From: a virus
Lineage: Duplodnaviria > Caudoviricetes
DNA: 64,000 nt
IMG/VR virus record: IMGVR_UViG_3300033070_001161
Location: 1 to 64,000 of that record
Strand: one strand, 5' to 3'
The stretch's first letter is position 1, and the number at the start of each line of letters is the position of its first letter. The translations under genes were made by a program, and so were the position numbers. Below the pieces are notes generated by a model that saw only the letters and a list, made by a program, of their open reading frames with translations, ran no database searches and was not told the DNA's origin. Shown in pieces: positions 1 through 9,635 of this stretch.

Positions 1-17
1 TTGGTTTTTCCTATCGG

Positions 18-45
18 AAAGGGCTTGAAATATAGCCCTTTTTTT
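18..45 (+). terminator. Rho-independent terminator
   Basis: AAAGGGCT-tgaaatat-AGCCCTTT hairpin followed by a T run. Confidence 0.8.
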
Positions 46-172
46 ATAATTTATAATATTATCAAATAATTTAAAAAATTATGTCAAAATATTTGGAAAT
101 GTCAAACAATATATTTAGCTTTGTGTCTTATTATTGGGGTAATTATGTGTATCACTCGAAGCAAAAATATAA

Positions 173-204
173 TTTGATTGTTTCAAATAAAAATATTATC
201 TTTG
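173..204 (+). promoter_or_regulatory. Bacteroidota housekeeping-sigma type promoter (-33/-7)
   Basis: TTTG (173-176), 20-nt spacer, TATCTTTG (197-204) matching TAnnTTTG. Confidence 0.7.
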
Positions 205-232
205 TGAGAGATTTTCATCTCTGTGAAAGACT

Positions 233-291
233 AAGCCTCGGTATGATACTCGATAACCCCAATAATCGAAATCCGAGGCTTTTTTATTTTT
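233..291 (+). terminator. Terminator/attenuator-like hairpin
   Basis: AAGCCTCGG (233-241) pairs with CCGAGGCTT (273-281); inner TCGAT/ATCGA stem; followed by TTTTTATTTTT. Confidence 0.65.
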
Positions 292-305
292 AAAAGCCAA
301 CGAAA

Positions 306-532
306 CCACACGGATTATTCCGTATCACCTCTGAAAGGTAACTCAAGGTAGGAGGTCAGAAGTCGGGTTGAAATTGTCCCCGATAGTGGTGAAAATATTC
401 CATTGTACGAATACGTACAGTTTGAATTCCGAGGGTGAGGATGTAGGAATTCTGGGTAGATGAGACGATGATCATCGGCACTGGCTGTACATAAGTTTTG
501 GAATAAAAGCTCTCTAAAGGGCCGTAGTGTGT
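306..532 (+). ncRNA. Candidate structured non-coding RNA (unassigned)
   Basis: Intergenic stretch, visibly more GC-rich than its flanks, with at least 6 short stems (310-323, 327-339, 363-383, 404-419, 424-452, 509-522) and no plus-strand ORF. Confidence 0.35.
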
Positions 533-549
533 CTAGTTGTGAAAATAAA

Positions 550-582
550 TTTGGAAAATTCAATTTTTTTATTTACCTTTGC
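550..582 (+). promoter_or_regulatory. Bacteroidota-type promoter for the structural operon
   Basis: TTTG (550-553), N20, TACCTTTGC (574-582), 31 nt upstream of the ATG at 614. Confidence 0.75.
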
Positions 583-613
583 TTCCATAATATTTTTTTA
601 TTAAAACGAAAAT

Positions 614-1849
614 ATGACAGAAAATACTAAAGACAAAACATTAACTCAATTGGAAGAATTACTTAAACATAAAAAAAGTAAATCTTATTATGCATCCAAA
701 CTGAATATATCAGTGGAAGAGGTTAATGATTTGTTAAGAGAACTGAGACAAACAGGGAGTACGTATTACGTACAATCTAGTGATTATGTAATACCTCCAT
801 TCACTGTAACATATTCATCCTCAGTTGATTGTGAAAAAGGAACAAAAAAATCAGAGGTGATTTCAGATTTTGAACCAAAAACCATAGAAGAATTAGTAAA
901 ATTACATAAGGTAGATACAGAAAGATATAAAGTGAGTAATTACTGGACAAAGCAAAAAGGAGATAAATTCTACTCTAGTTTGCTTTGTTCGCTTATAAAG
1001 CCTACAGAACTTGATATTGAGAAATTTGGAGATTATGTAAAATCATATAAATCTGATTTTAAACCCGTAAATGTAACGTTTGCTGGTGGAGATAAAGTGG
1101 ATATTGAGATTTCAATTGCTGATTTTCACCTTGATAAATTCACTTTGGACAAAGAAAAAGTAGAAGAACGAGTAAAAAGATATGAAGATATTGTAAATAG
1201 TCTTGTTTCTTCTGTAGATAGGGTGTATCAAATAAATAAGATAGTGTATGTTATAGGTAATGATTTCTTTCATACAGATAACTACCTGAATTCTACAACC
1301 AACCTCACCCCTCAAGATGTATCAATGAGCTATAACGAAGCCTACGAAATAGGTTTTGATCTTATGGTGAGGACAATATCCCAACTCAGGGCATACTGCT
1401 CAGAAATGGACATCATATTAGTTCAAGGTAATCATGACAGAACCAAATCTTATTATCTTGCTCATGCACTTGAGGTGTATTTCAAAGCGGATAAAAACAT
1501 TAAATTTAACAGAGAACATTCTGTAACAAAATATATTAAATTAGGAAATACATTTATCGGTTATCACCACGGTAATACAAAAATTGACGATCTTCCTCTT
1601 TTATTTGCCACTTCTCCTGATTCATGTGTAGATTTCGGAACGTCTAAGTATAGAGAAGTACATACTGGAGATAAACACTTTTATATGGCAAAAGACATAA
1701 AGGGTGTTAGGGTTCAACAACTTCCTTCATTATCTGGTGTAGACAGATGGCATCTTGATAACAACTATGTAAATAGTGTGCGTGCAGCAATTGTCACTGT
1801 ATATCATCCAGAAGAAGGTAAAATTGCAGAATTTGAAAAACGAGTATAA
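614..1849 (+). CDS. Calcineurin-like metallophosphoesterase with N-terminal HTH-like region
   Basis: Motifs in order: IADFH, GNDFFH, QGNHD, YHHG, HTGDKH. Confidence 0.8.
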   Translation: MTENTKDKTLTQLEELLKHKKSKSYYASKLNISVEEVNDLLRELRQTGSTYYVQSSDYVIPPFTVTYSSSVDCEKGTKKSEVISDFEPKTIEELVKLHKVDTERYKVSNYWTKQKGDKFYSSLLCSLIKPTELDIEKFGDYVKSYKSDFKPVNVTFAGGDKVDIEISIADFHLDKFTLDKEKVEERVKRYEDIVNSLVSSVDRVYQINKIVYVIGNDFFHTDNYLNSTTNLTPQDVSMSYNEAYEIGFDLMVRTISQLRAYCSEMDIILVQGNHDRTKSYYLAHALEVYFKADKNIKFNREHSVTKYIKLGNTFIGYHHGNTKIDDLPLLFATSPDSCVDFGTSKYREVHTGDKHFYMAKDIKGVRVQQLPSLSGVDRWHLDNNYVNSVRAAIVTVYHPEEGKIAEFEKRV

Positions 1850-2550
1850 TGACATATAGAAATATAGTTTCTGATATAAGAGGTATGAATAAATTGTTAT
1901 CATCTGATGGTTTAATAAACGATCGGGTGATAATGAATGAAGTTCGTAGTGCTGCCAATATGATTGTAGGTCAAGCTCTACAGAAACGTAAATATTGGCA
2001 AAGTCCTACATTATTTACTCCAGTGCTATGTTTAGAAATGGAAACAGTTCCTCTTCGTGAATGTTGCGAATATACAGGAAGTAAAAATGTAGCAATTTCC
2101 AAAAAATCTCTTCCTAAGATAGGAGAAGGTATATTTGGATTGGCAATACAGGGAGTATTTGGACTTGACTGGTCAGTTAAATTTAAACCTACAAATCCAA
2201 ATAGATATAGTAATCTTTTAAAACTTAAAGTGAAAAATGAAGATTCCTATTTCTGGATAACACAAGATGGACGAGTGGTTGTCACTAATGAAGATACTAA
2301 GAAGATTGATGTATTTGCATATTTTACAGAACCTGTACCCAACGATTTACTTTATCCGGGAAAAGATTGCAACTGTAAGGTGAAACCGTCAATAACTGAT
2401 TTATGTACAAATCCACTAGATCAGAGGTTCCCTTTTATAGAGGAGCGTATTTTCGATTTAAAACAAATGGTGTATAAAAATCTGCTGTCTACATATTTTA
2501 ATCTACCTTACGATAAAACATCAAACCAACTAGATGAAACAAGTAAATAA
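1849..2550 (+). CDS. crAss-like tail ring (collar) protein
   Basis: 233 aa; sits upstream of the IHF-like, ring and muzzle genes as in the crassvirus tail module; overlapping stop/start coupling. Confidence 0.55.
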   Translation: MTYRNIVSDIRGMNKLLSSDGLINDRVIMNEVRSAANMIVGQALQKRKYWQSPTLFTPVLCLEMETVPLRECCEYTGSKNVAISKKSLPKIGEGIFGLAIQGVFGLDWSVKFKPTNPNRYSNLLKLKVKNEDSYFWITQDGRVVVTNEDTKKIDVFAYFTEPVPNDLLYPGKDCNCKVKPSITDLCTNPLDQRFPFIEERIFDLKQMVYKNLLSTYFNLPYDKTSNQLDETSK

Positions 2551-2743
2551 ATTAACTATAGATAATCATATTCGACAAGGATATAGAGTGTATAAAGGGT
2601 TGGAGATTTTTAAACAAAAACCCAAACAGCATATGTTGGAAATTATATCTAAATATCTTGGTGCTGATATATTCTATGATTATAAACTAAATCTATTATT
2701 TATAAAAAATGAGAGTAAAAGTAGAGCACTCACAAACGAGTAG
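2534..2743 (+). CDS. Small hypothetical protein
   Basis: 69-aa ORF filling the gap between two genes and overlapping both. Confidence 0.35.
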   Translation: MKQVNKLTIDNHIRQGYRVYKGLEIFKQKPKQHMLEIISKYLGADIFYDYKLNLLFIKNESKSRALTNE

Positions 2744-3203
2744 GAAAACATACAATCAGTTTTGTGAAGAACATCCTGATATAAAAATCTCATATTTAGA
2801 TTTTATAAATATAATCTATACATTCAACTACGGATTTAGAGATTACTTATTAGAAACAGGTATGAAAGCAAAACTACCATATGGGTTTGGTGATTTTGCT
2901 GTAAGTAAAAGAAAGCAGCGTCTTACACGTAAAATAAAAGACGGAGGGTATGAAGTAACAGCCCTTCCTATAGATTGGAAGAAGACAAAGCAACATAAGA
3001 AATATATATATCACATGAATGCCCATACTGACGGATTTAAATTCAGACTTAAATGGTTTTGTTCATCCGCAAGATTATTTAAATGGGCAGAAATTTGGAA
3101 CTTTAAACCATCTCGTGTAACATCTCGACTTATAAAACACTATGTCGTTGATTTAAAACAAGGAGAAAGGTATTATCAATGGGACGTTTTTAGAAAACTT
3201 TAA
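2709..3203 (+). CDS. IHF/HU-like DNA-binding protein (crAss tail-module type)
   Basis: AKLPYGFGDFAVSKRK resembles the HU/IHF L.GFG.F.v..R signature; basic; expected position between ring genes. Confidence 0.65.
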   Translation: MRVKVEHSQTSRKTYNQFCEEHPDIKISYLDFINIIYTFNYGFRDYLLETGMKAKLPYGFGDFAVSKRKQRLTRKIKDGGYEVTALPIDWKKTKQHKKYIYHMNAHTDGFKFRLKWFCSSARLFKWAEIWNFKPSRVTSRLIKHYVVDLKQGERYYQWDVFRKL

Positions 3204-3214
3204 AATAAAAAACA

Positions 3215-3568
3215 ATGAGTATATTAAGTATTTTACACGCATTTACAAAAGATGCATTTAGTGTTAGTGGACCAGTAACAGCATTATTTGTTTTAGGTAT
3301 TGTTTATTTTTTATCATATTCTATTAAATCTACAAAGACAGGTGGAGAACAACAAACTCCTGATGGGATTAAATATGATGATGATAAAACAAAATTACTT
3401 AAAGTTCACTCAATGAAATTTGTAATAGCACTTGTTGTATTATATATAGGTGCTATTGCATGGATAGGATCAGAGTATGCACCATATGATCCTAAAAAAC
3501 ATGGAGTACCTGAAATTCAAACAGACAGCACTCGTCTTCCTGCTGAAGACATGATTCCTAAAAAATAA
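3215..3568 (+). CDS. Membrane protein, 2 predicted TM segments
   Basis: Hydrophobic stretches ALFVLGIVYFLSYSI and FVIALVVLYIGAIAWIG. Confidence 0.6.
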   Translation: MSILSILHAFTKDAFSVSGPVTALFVLGIVYFLSYSIKSTKTGGEQQTPDGIKYDDDKTKLLKVHSMKFVIALVVLYIGAIAWIGSEYAPYDPKKHGVPEIQTDSTRLPAEDMIPKK

Positions 3569-3999
3569 TGACGTTTGTAATATTAAATATAATAATTGCA
3601 AGTGTATTATTTTATAGAGTGTTAAGAAAAGACGTTGCTTCTGATTTTACTAAATGGCAGAATAACATTCCTGTAAAACATACAAAAGAGTGGGCGATAA
3701 GAGCATTAAATCTTATCCCCACATTGTTGTTTTTAACATTACCGATATATCATTTTTCTTTGGATGTTCTGTATAAATTTATATCAGTATGTTCTCTGGT
3801 TGCATTTGTATACCTAGTATTGTTCAATGGGTGGTATAATAGAAAAAGGAACTTTGATTTTTGGTTTACAGGTAGCAATGATGCAGATGATCCAATCACT
3901 GATAATATTTTACAGCTTCTTTCAAAACCAGTACGAATTATATTACAATTAGCAGCAATTGCTGTCAGCCTATTTTTCTATATAAAATTCCAATTTTAA
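3568..3999 (+). CDS. Membrane protein, about 4 predicted TM segments
   Basis: Four hydrophobic stretches; overlapping stop/start coupling on both sides. Confidence 0.6.
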   Translation: MTFVILNIIIASVLFYRVLRKDVASDFTKWQNNIPVKHTKEWAIRALNLIPTLLFLTLPIYHFSLDVLYKFISVCSLVAFVYLVLFNGWYNRKRNFDFWFTGSNDADDPITDNILQLLSKPVRIILQLAAIAVSLFFYIKFQF

Positions 4000-4853
4000 T
4001 GAGTGTTTACTATAAACAAAACTTTGTAAGTCCTGAAGAGATATTTGCTCTTGTAAAAGAGGAATTAAAATCGTATTTCGATACAGGTGCTGTTGATGAT
4101 AGTCTTTTCCCAAGATGGACAGACGAATGTATAAAAAAACTAGGTAAGGCATCCTATCCTATAAATCAAACATTACTTTGTTTAGATGGATACGAGGCTC
4201 GTCTTCCTGATGATTTCTATAAAGTGAGAGAAGCTTGGGCTTGTACAGAATATGAAAAAGATTATCAACTACCAAACGCAACATATACTCAGGTAAAACA
4301 AGAATCTACAAGAATTGACGATCCTGATGTATATTGCAAACAATGTACAAATTGTGAATTTCCTGATGTAATTCAAGCACTATATAAGACAACAAACACT
4401 GTTGTATTTCAATATAGAAAGCAATATCTACTTACTCCCGGAAACATATATACAGCCTGCCCTCAAGATTTGTATTGTGCTAATTACAACTCAGCTACAG
4501 ACGAGAGCTATGATATACGGGATAATAAATTTGTGGTGACATTTAGAACAGGTACTGTTTATTTGCAGTATTATTCTACACAATTTGATTGTTCAAATCA
4601 GCTTATTCCTGATGAATATAGAACTCAAAAGTTTATTGAATTATACCTGAAACAAAAAATATTTGAGCAGTTATTTAATCAATGTACTGATGAAACATAT
4701 AATCAATTGAGAGAAAAATCAATGATGTATAAACAAATGGCAGATGAAGCCTACATAATGGCTGATACAGAGAATAAGAAAGAAGATGTATATAGGAAAC
4801 AAAGAGCTATCATACGAGTACAAGATAGGTTTAAAAGATACGATATACGATAA
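3999..4853 (+). CDS. crAss-like tail ring / tail tubular protein
   Basis: 284 aa, directly upstream of the muzzle gene; helical C-terminus. Confidence 0.6.
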   Translation: MSVYYKQNFVSPEEIFALVKEELKSYFDTGAVDDSLFPRWTDECIKKLGKASYPINQTLLCLDGYEARLPDDFYKVREAWACTEYEKDYQLPNATYTQVKQESTRIDDPDVYCKQCTNCEFPDVIQALYKTTNTVVFQYRKQYLLTPGNIYTACPQDLYCANYNSATDESYDIRDNKFVVTFRTGTVYLQYYSTQFDCSNQLIPDEYRTQKFIELYLKQKIFEQLFNQCTDETYNQLREKSMMYKQMADEAYIMADTENKKEDVYRKQRAIIRVQDRFKRYDIR

Positions 4854-4862
4854 AATTAACAA

Positions 4863-7800
4863 ATGGCAGAACAAGAATCTTCAAATATATCTCCAAATAC
4901 TAAGCAGGCATATATTGGCTTAAATTTAAACTCAGTGAGTTCCCAGATAAAAAATGGTGAACTCTCTTGGGCATTAAATGCTGTTGTTGAAAACTTTGAC
5001 GGTAATGAAATAAGTTATCAAAATGAGCAAGCTAATATACTATGTTCAAATTTTCCTTCTGGTTATACAGTAATAGGGAAATTGAATATAATTGAAGATA
5101 ATATAAAAATATTCTGGCTTGCTAATGAATCTACAGGACAATCTGAAATTGGTAAAATAGTAGATTGTGAATATTCTACAGTAATAAATCCAGATTGTTT
5201 AAACCTTGATGTAGATCATCCTATTCTTAAATCTGTATATAGGAAGAATGAATGTGGAGAAATAGAGATTTATTGGGTGGATGCTTTAAATAGAACAAGG
5301 TACATAAACCTATCTCAACTTCCTTATAAAGTGGAGGAGGGTGATGTAATATGTGAAGATGTAACTACTACAGAAATAGATTGTAATAAACTTAATTTAC
5401 AGCCAAATTTTAAAATTCCTCAGTTAGATATAATTGATGTAAATTCTGATGGTGAATTAGAAGCAGGTACATATCAGTTTGCAGTACAATATGCAGATGC
5501 TGAAGGTAATCCGTACACATCATTCTATTCTGTTACAAACCCTCTTCCAATATTTGATCCTACAAAAATTACCCAAAATTTTAACTATAAAGTGGGTAAA
5601 TCTATCATTATAAATATATCTAATATTGATAGAACAGGGTTATATGAATTTATAAATGTAGTGGTTGTAAAAACCGTAAATAATATATCAACCCCTGAAT
5701 TAGTAGGAACATACGACATAACCGATGGTGAAGTAAAAATAACATATACAGGACAGAATAAAACAGGAATTAAGTTATCAATAGAAGATATATTTCTGAA
5801 ATATGAAATATATGACACTGCTGATGATATAACCACTGCTCAAGATACCCTTATATTAAAGGGACTTACAACAAATGAAAGAATATCATATCAATCTATT
5901 GCCAATCAAATTAAGCTTTATTGGCAAACATGGAGGATTCCTCAAGATAGATATAAAGATGAACTCGTATCTACATATCTAAGAGGGTATATGGGTGATG
6001 AGGTATATCCCTATGAAATCGCATTTCTCCTTGAAAACGGGGTACAAACTGACGGATTTCATATACCGGGAAGAACAGCAATTCCTTCAGATTTAACACC
6101 TATATCAAATGACGATGTTATAGATACAGATGCTGGAGAATGCGAACCTCAAAACGACACACTTCCTTATTGGCAGGTGTATAATACAGCATCCTTATTG
6201 GGATATGAGCAGGTATATTTAGATTTTTTACAAGGTATTACAACCACCACTTGCACCAATCCTAAGATATGTGGGGTGGAGCAAATTGATCCTAGTGATC
6301 CTGAATGCTATTCTGGGCCATTTCAATATGGTGAATTTGCATATTGGGAATCAACAGATACATATCCTTGTAATGATATATATGGTGAATTATCTGGAAA
6401 ACCTATAAGATTTCATAAGTTTCCCGATAGTACAGTGGCACATATACATGATAATCAGGGATTTATATATCCTAAAGGATTAAAGATTGATGTTAACCAG
6501 ATTGTTCAATTGATAAATAACTCTAGTCTTACTGCTGAACAAAAATCTCAAATTAAAGGATTTAAAATACTCAGAGGTAATAGAGCAAATAATAAATCTA
6601 TTGTAGCCAAAGGGTTATTATATAATGTAGGTAAATATAGAAAAGATAATAAAGGATATTATTATCCCAATTATCCATTTAATGATTTAAGAGAAGACCC
6701 ATTTATCACTGTAAATTCTAATTATATAGAACCTACAGATTCAAATGGTCAATCTGGATCATCTAACTGTTTTGAATATGAAATAACAACGAATCTTGGA
6801 CCTATCACTGTACAATATTTAAATTGTGAAACTTCTCAAACAGAGTTTGCTACAGTACAGACAGGTATTCCTGTAAATATATGCTCCTCTGCTACACCTA
6901 TAATCACTGGTGGCGGTGCAGGTGTAATCAATAAAAAGTCATATTGTTCATCTGGTGATGGTCCTTCAGATATTGTAGAAGGTAAGGCTCAACTCAAAGG
7001 ATTCGATACAGATGATAGTAAACAAAGATATACATTCCATTCTCCAGATACTCATTTCTATCAACCTTATATAGGTAATATATTAAAATTAGAAACAGCA
7101 GAATTTGGTAAAGCTGAAAGTCATTTCGTAGAAGTAAAGAATCATGCAAAGTATAAGTTTTTATCAGATACAGCCGTATCTGTAGCATTACTTACAGCCG
7201 TAGGTATAGGTTTTGCATCTAGCACTGTAGGAGTTAGCACTAATGTATTTAATGGTACTGCTGCTTATACATCATTTCAGATAATGTTAGAAGTAATGGA
7301 AAAACTTCTACCTAATAAGAATTTTGCATACCAACAAACAGCATTGGGTGAGTATAAGCAATACAAACCTGTACAAAATAATACGGGAAATAAGCAAAGA
7401 AAGATTGATTTAGGGGTATATTTACAACCCGGAATGGCAAATATTGGTGATGAAAACACCATAAATAACTACCAGCGAGAATCATCTGTATATTTAAGGA
7501 CAACAAAAACCCTACCTTATGTATCAAGTATACTGGGAGTATCCATAGATAACACCCGTTATACGCTTTCTCAAGCGGGTAAGTGTTCTAATTCTTCTGA
7601 TATTTCGGAAGTGGATATATCCGCTTATTATGGATCAATAAAGAAAAACATACCAAATCAATATGGTCAATTATATACATATGAAACCATAGATACAGGA
7701 TTTCAGTTCTCAATTAACAACACCCAAAGTTATCCCAATGGATGGTATTCTATATTCGGAGGAGATGTATTTATTAATAGATTTGCATTAAAGCGCAAAT

Positions 7801-9635
7801 ATCCATTCTTTATTGACAATAGAGTGAGTCCAGAAGGAACAAATATGTTCCCAAATAATAGTGATGTTTTTTATAATTTTATAGGAAACGTAGGTTATCC
7901 TAAATATTGGTTCAGTACAGATATAAGGAGAGGTAGCTTCTTTGGTTTATTTGGTGTAAAAGACACTGCATTTGACTGTAAAGAAAATAAATTTTTCTAT
8001 GATTCAGGTAAAATTTATCTTTTTTCTTATGGTATTCCTTATTATTTTTGTGAATCAGAAGTAAATGTAGATTTAAGGCAAGCATATAATGATAAAGAGG
8101 GAGATTTCTTCCCTAGGGTATCATCTAATATTCCTGATGATTGGTTGCAAGAGACATATGTTACAATTAAAAATGATAATACCTACTACTATAACAAGAC
8201 ATATTCAAAACAAAACAAAGAAAATTATTTTTCACACCTACCGAATAGCTGGACAGGAGACGAGTGTACTACAAATTATCCGTATAGGGCTATTTTTTCT
8301 GAACAGGTAAGTGATAATAAACGGAGTTTAAACAAGAGTGCTTGGAAAATATTCAAACCTTCTGCAAGATTTGATTTTCCTCAAAATTATGGAAAACTCA
8401 TATCATTAGATGGTATTGAAAATAGACAAGTTCTTGCAAGATTTGAGCAAAAAAGCTTACTATATAACGCAATGCTTACAGCTCCAACCTCTGCTGCAAA
8501 TGTATATTTAGGTCAGAGTTTATTTAATCAACAGGTTCCTCCTCTTGATTACGCAGATGTTGATCTTGGATATATGGGTAGTCAGCATAAATTCCTACTG
8601 AAGACAGAATATGGTCATATTAGTGCAGATTCAAAAAGAGGTCAGATATTTCTTATAAATGGACAGCAATCTAAGGATATTACAAATAATGGTATGTCTA
8701 AATTCTTTACAGAATTTTTAGATTTCCAAATAAAGAAAAGCTTTCCAGAAGTAAATATAGATAATCACTTTAAAGGAATAGGATTACATGGTGTATTCGA
8801 TAGCAAATATAACAGATTAATAATCACTAAATTAGATTATAAACCAATTAAAGGTGTCACTTATCAAGATGGTATATTTAAGTATGACGGTGTAGAAGTA
8901 GAGCTGACAGATACTAATTATTTCTGCAATTATTCATTTACAGCCAGTTACGATTTTGATAATCAGGCATGGATAAGTTTACATACATATATTCCAAATT
9001 ACTATGTAGGTGATGCTAATTACTTCTATTCTGGTATTAATGGTGCGACAAGTAGTATATGGGAACATAATACAGCAATAAATAAATTTAACAATTTCTA
9101 TGGTGAAATTCATCCATATATAATTGAATACCCCTATGCATATGGTCCAAATGATCAGATATTACAGAATATAAAAGATTATTCTAGGGTGTACCAATAC
9201 ACGGATTTTCGTGAATTTATAGAAACAGATGACTATTATTTCAATAAATTAATTGCTTATTCCACACAACAATGTAGTGGTGTATTGAATTTATTCAAAA
9301 AACCTGCAAATAATTTAAGAGAATATAGCACATATCCTAAATATAACACTGATAGTAAAGACATTACATTTACAAAATCGAATAGTTTCTATCAGATTAA
9401 TACATTCTGGGATATGGTGAAATCTGTTAAATCACCAATATGGACAAAATCTTGTGAAAACATATCCATATATAAAGAACTGAATCAATCTAATTTAGAC
9501 TATTCTAAACGTAGCTTTAAAAAAGCCCCACTTAGAAGTAAAGAATTGAAACTCAGATTGATATTAGATAATAGAGATGATATAAAAATCATATCATCAT
9601 TCATAATTTCTCCAACAATGCAATCTTATAAATAA
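4863..9635 (+). CDS. Muzzle / tail stabilisation protein (P22 gp10-like, crAss gp44-like)
   Basis: 1590 aa; N-terminal GLNLNS..QIKNG..SWALNA, YPK/HFPD segments and beta-rich repeats typical of crAss muzzle proteins; synteny. Confidence 0.7.
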   Translation: MAEQESSNISPNTKQAYIGLNLNSVSSQIKNGELSWALNAVVENFDGNEISYQNEQANILCSNFPSGYTVIGKLNIIEDNIKIFWLANESTGQSEIGKIVDCEYSTVINPDCLNLDVDHPILKSVYRKNECGEIEIYWVDALNRTRYINLSQLPYKVEEGDVICEDVTTTEIDCNKLNLQPNFKIPQLDIIDVNSDGELEAGTYQFAVQYADAEGNPYTSFYSVTNPLPIFDPTKITQNFNYKVGKSIIINISNIDRTGLYEFINVVVVKTVNNISTPELVGTYDITDGEVKITYTGQNKTGIKLSIEDIFLKYEIYDTADDITTAQDTLILKGLTTNERISYQSIANQIKLYWQTWRIPQDRYKDELVSTYLRGYMGDEVYPYEIAFLLENGVQTDGFHIPGRTAIPSDLTPISNDDVIDTDAGECEPQNDTLPYWQVYNTASLLGYEQVYLDFLQGITTTTCTNPKICGVEQIDPSDPECYSGPFQYGEFAYWESTDTYPCNDIYGELSGKPIRFHKFPDSTVAHIHDNQGFIYPKGLKIDVNQIVQLINNSSLTAEQKSQIKGFKILRGNRANNKSIVAKGLLYNVGKYRKDNKGYYYPNYPFNDLREDPFITVNSNYIEPTDSNGQSGSSNCFEYEITTNLGPITVQYLNCETSQTEFATVQTGIPVNICSSATPIITGGGAGVINKKSYCSSGDGPSDIVEGKAQLKGFDTDDSKQRYTFHSPDTHFYQPYIGNILKLETAEFGKAESHFVEVKNHAKYKFLSDTAVSVALLTAVGIGFASSTVGVSTNVFNGTAAYTSFQIMLEVMEKLLPNKNFAYQQTALGEYKQYKPVQNNTGNKQRKIDLGVYLQPGMANIGDENTINNYQRESSVYLRTTKTLPYVSSILGVSIDNTRYTLSQAGKCSNSSDISEVDISAYYGSIKKNIPNQYGQLYTYETIDTGFQFSINNTQSYPNGWYSIFGGDVFINRFALKRKYPFFIDNRVSPEGTNMFPNNSDVFYNFIGNVGYPKYWFSTDIRRGSFFGLFGVKDTAFDCKENKFFYDSGKIYLFSYGIPYYFCESEVNVDLRQAYNDKEGDFFPRVSSNIPDDWLQETYVTIKNDNTYYYNKTYSKQNKENYFSHLPNSWTGDECTTNYPYRAIFSEQVSDNKRSLNKSAWKIFKPSARFDFPQNYGKLISLDGIENRQVLARFEQKSLLYNAMLTAPTSAANVYLGQSLFNQQVPPLDYADVDLGYMGSQHKFLLKTEYGHISADSKRGQIFLINGQQSKDITNNGMSKFFTEFLDFQIKKSFPEVNIDNHFKGIGLHGVFDSKYNRLIITKLDYKPIKGVTYQDGIFKYDGVEVELTDTNYFCNYSFTASYDFDNQAWISLHTYIPNYYVGDANYFYSGINGATSSIWEHNTAINKFNNFYGEIHPYIIEYPYAYGPNDQILQNIKDYSRVYQYTDFREFIETDDYYFNKLIAYSTQQCSGVLNLFKKPANNLREYSTYPKYNTDSKDITFTKSNSFYQINTFWDMVKSVKSPIWTKSCENISIYKELNQSNLDYSKRSFKKAPLRSKELKLRLILDNRDDIKIISSFIISPTMQSYK

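Noticed and set aside
81-293. 70-aa plus-strand ORF
   Set aside because: It runs across a promoter and a terminator hairpin, and its composition looks like translated AT-rich intergenic DNA
315-563. 82-aa minus-strand ORF
   Set aside because: It is antisense to an all-plus region, starts inside a promoter, and has no recognisable motif; better explained as structured non-coding sequence
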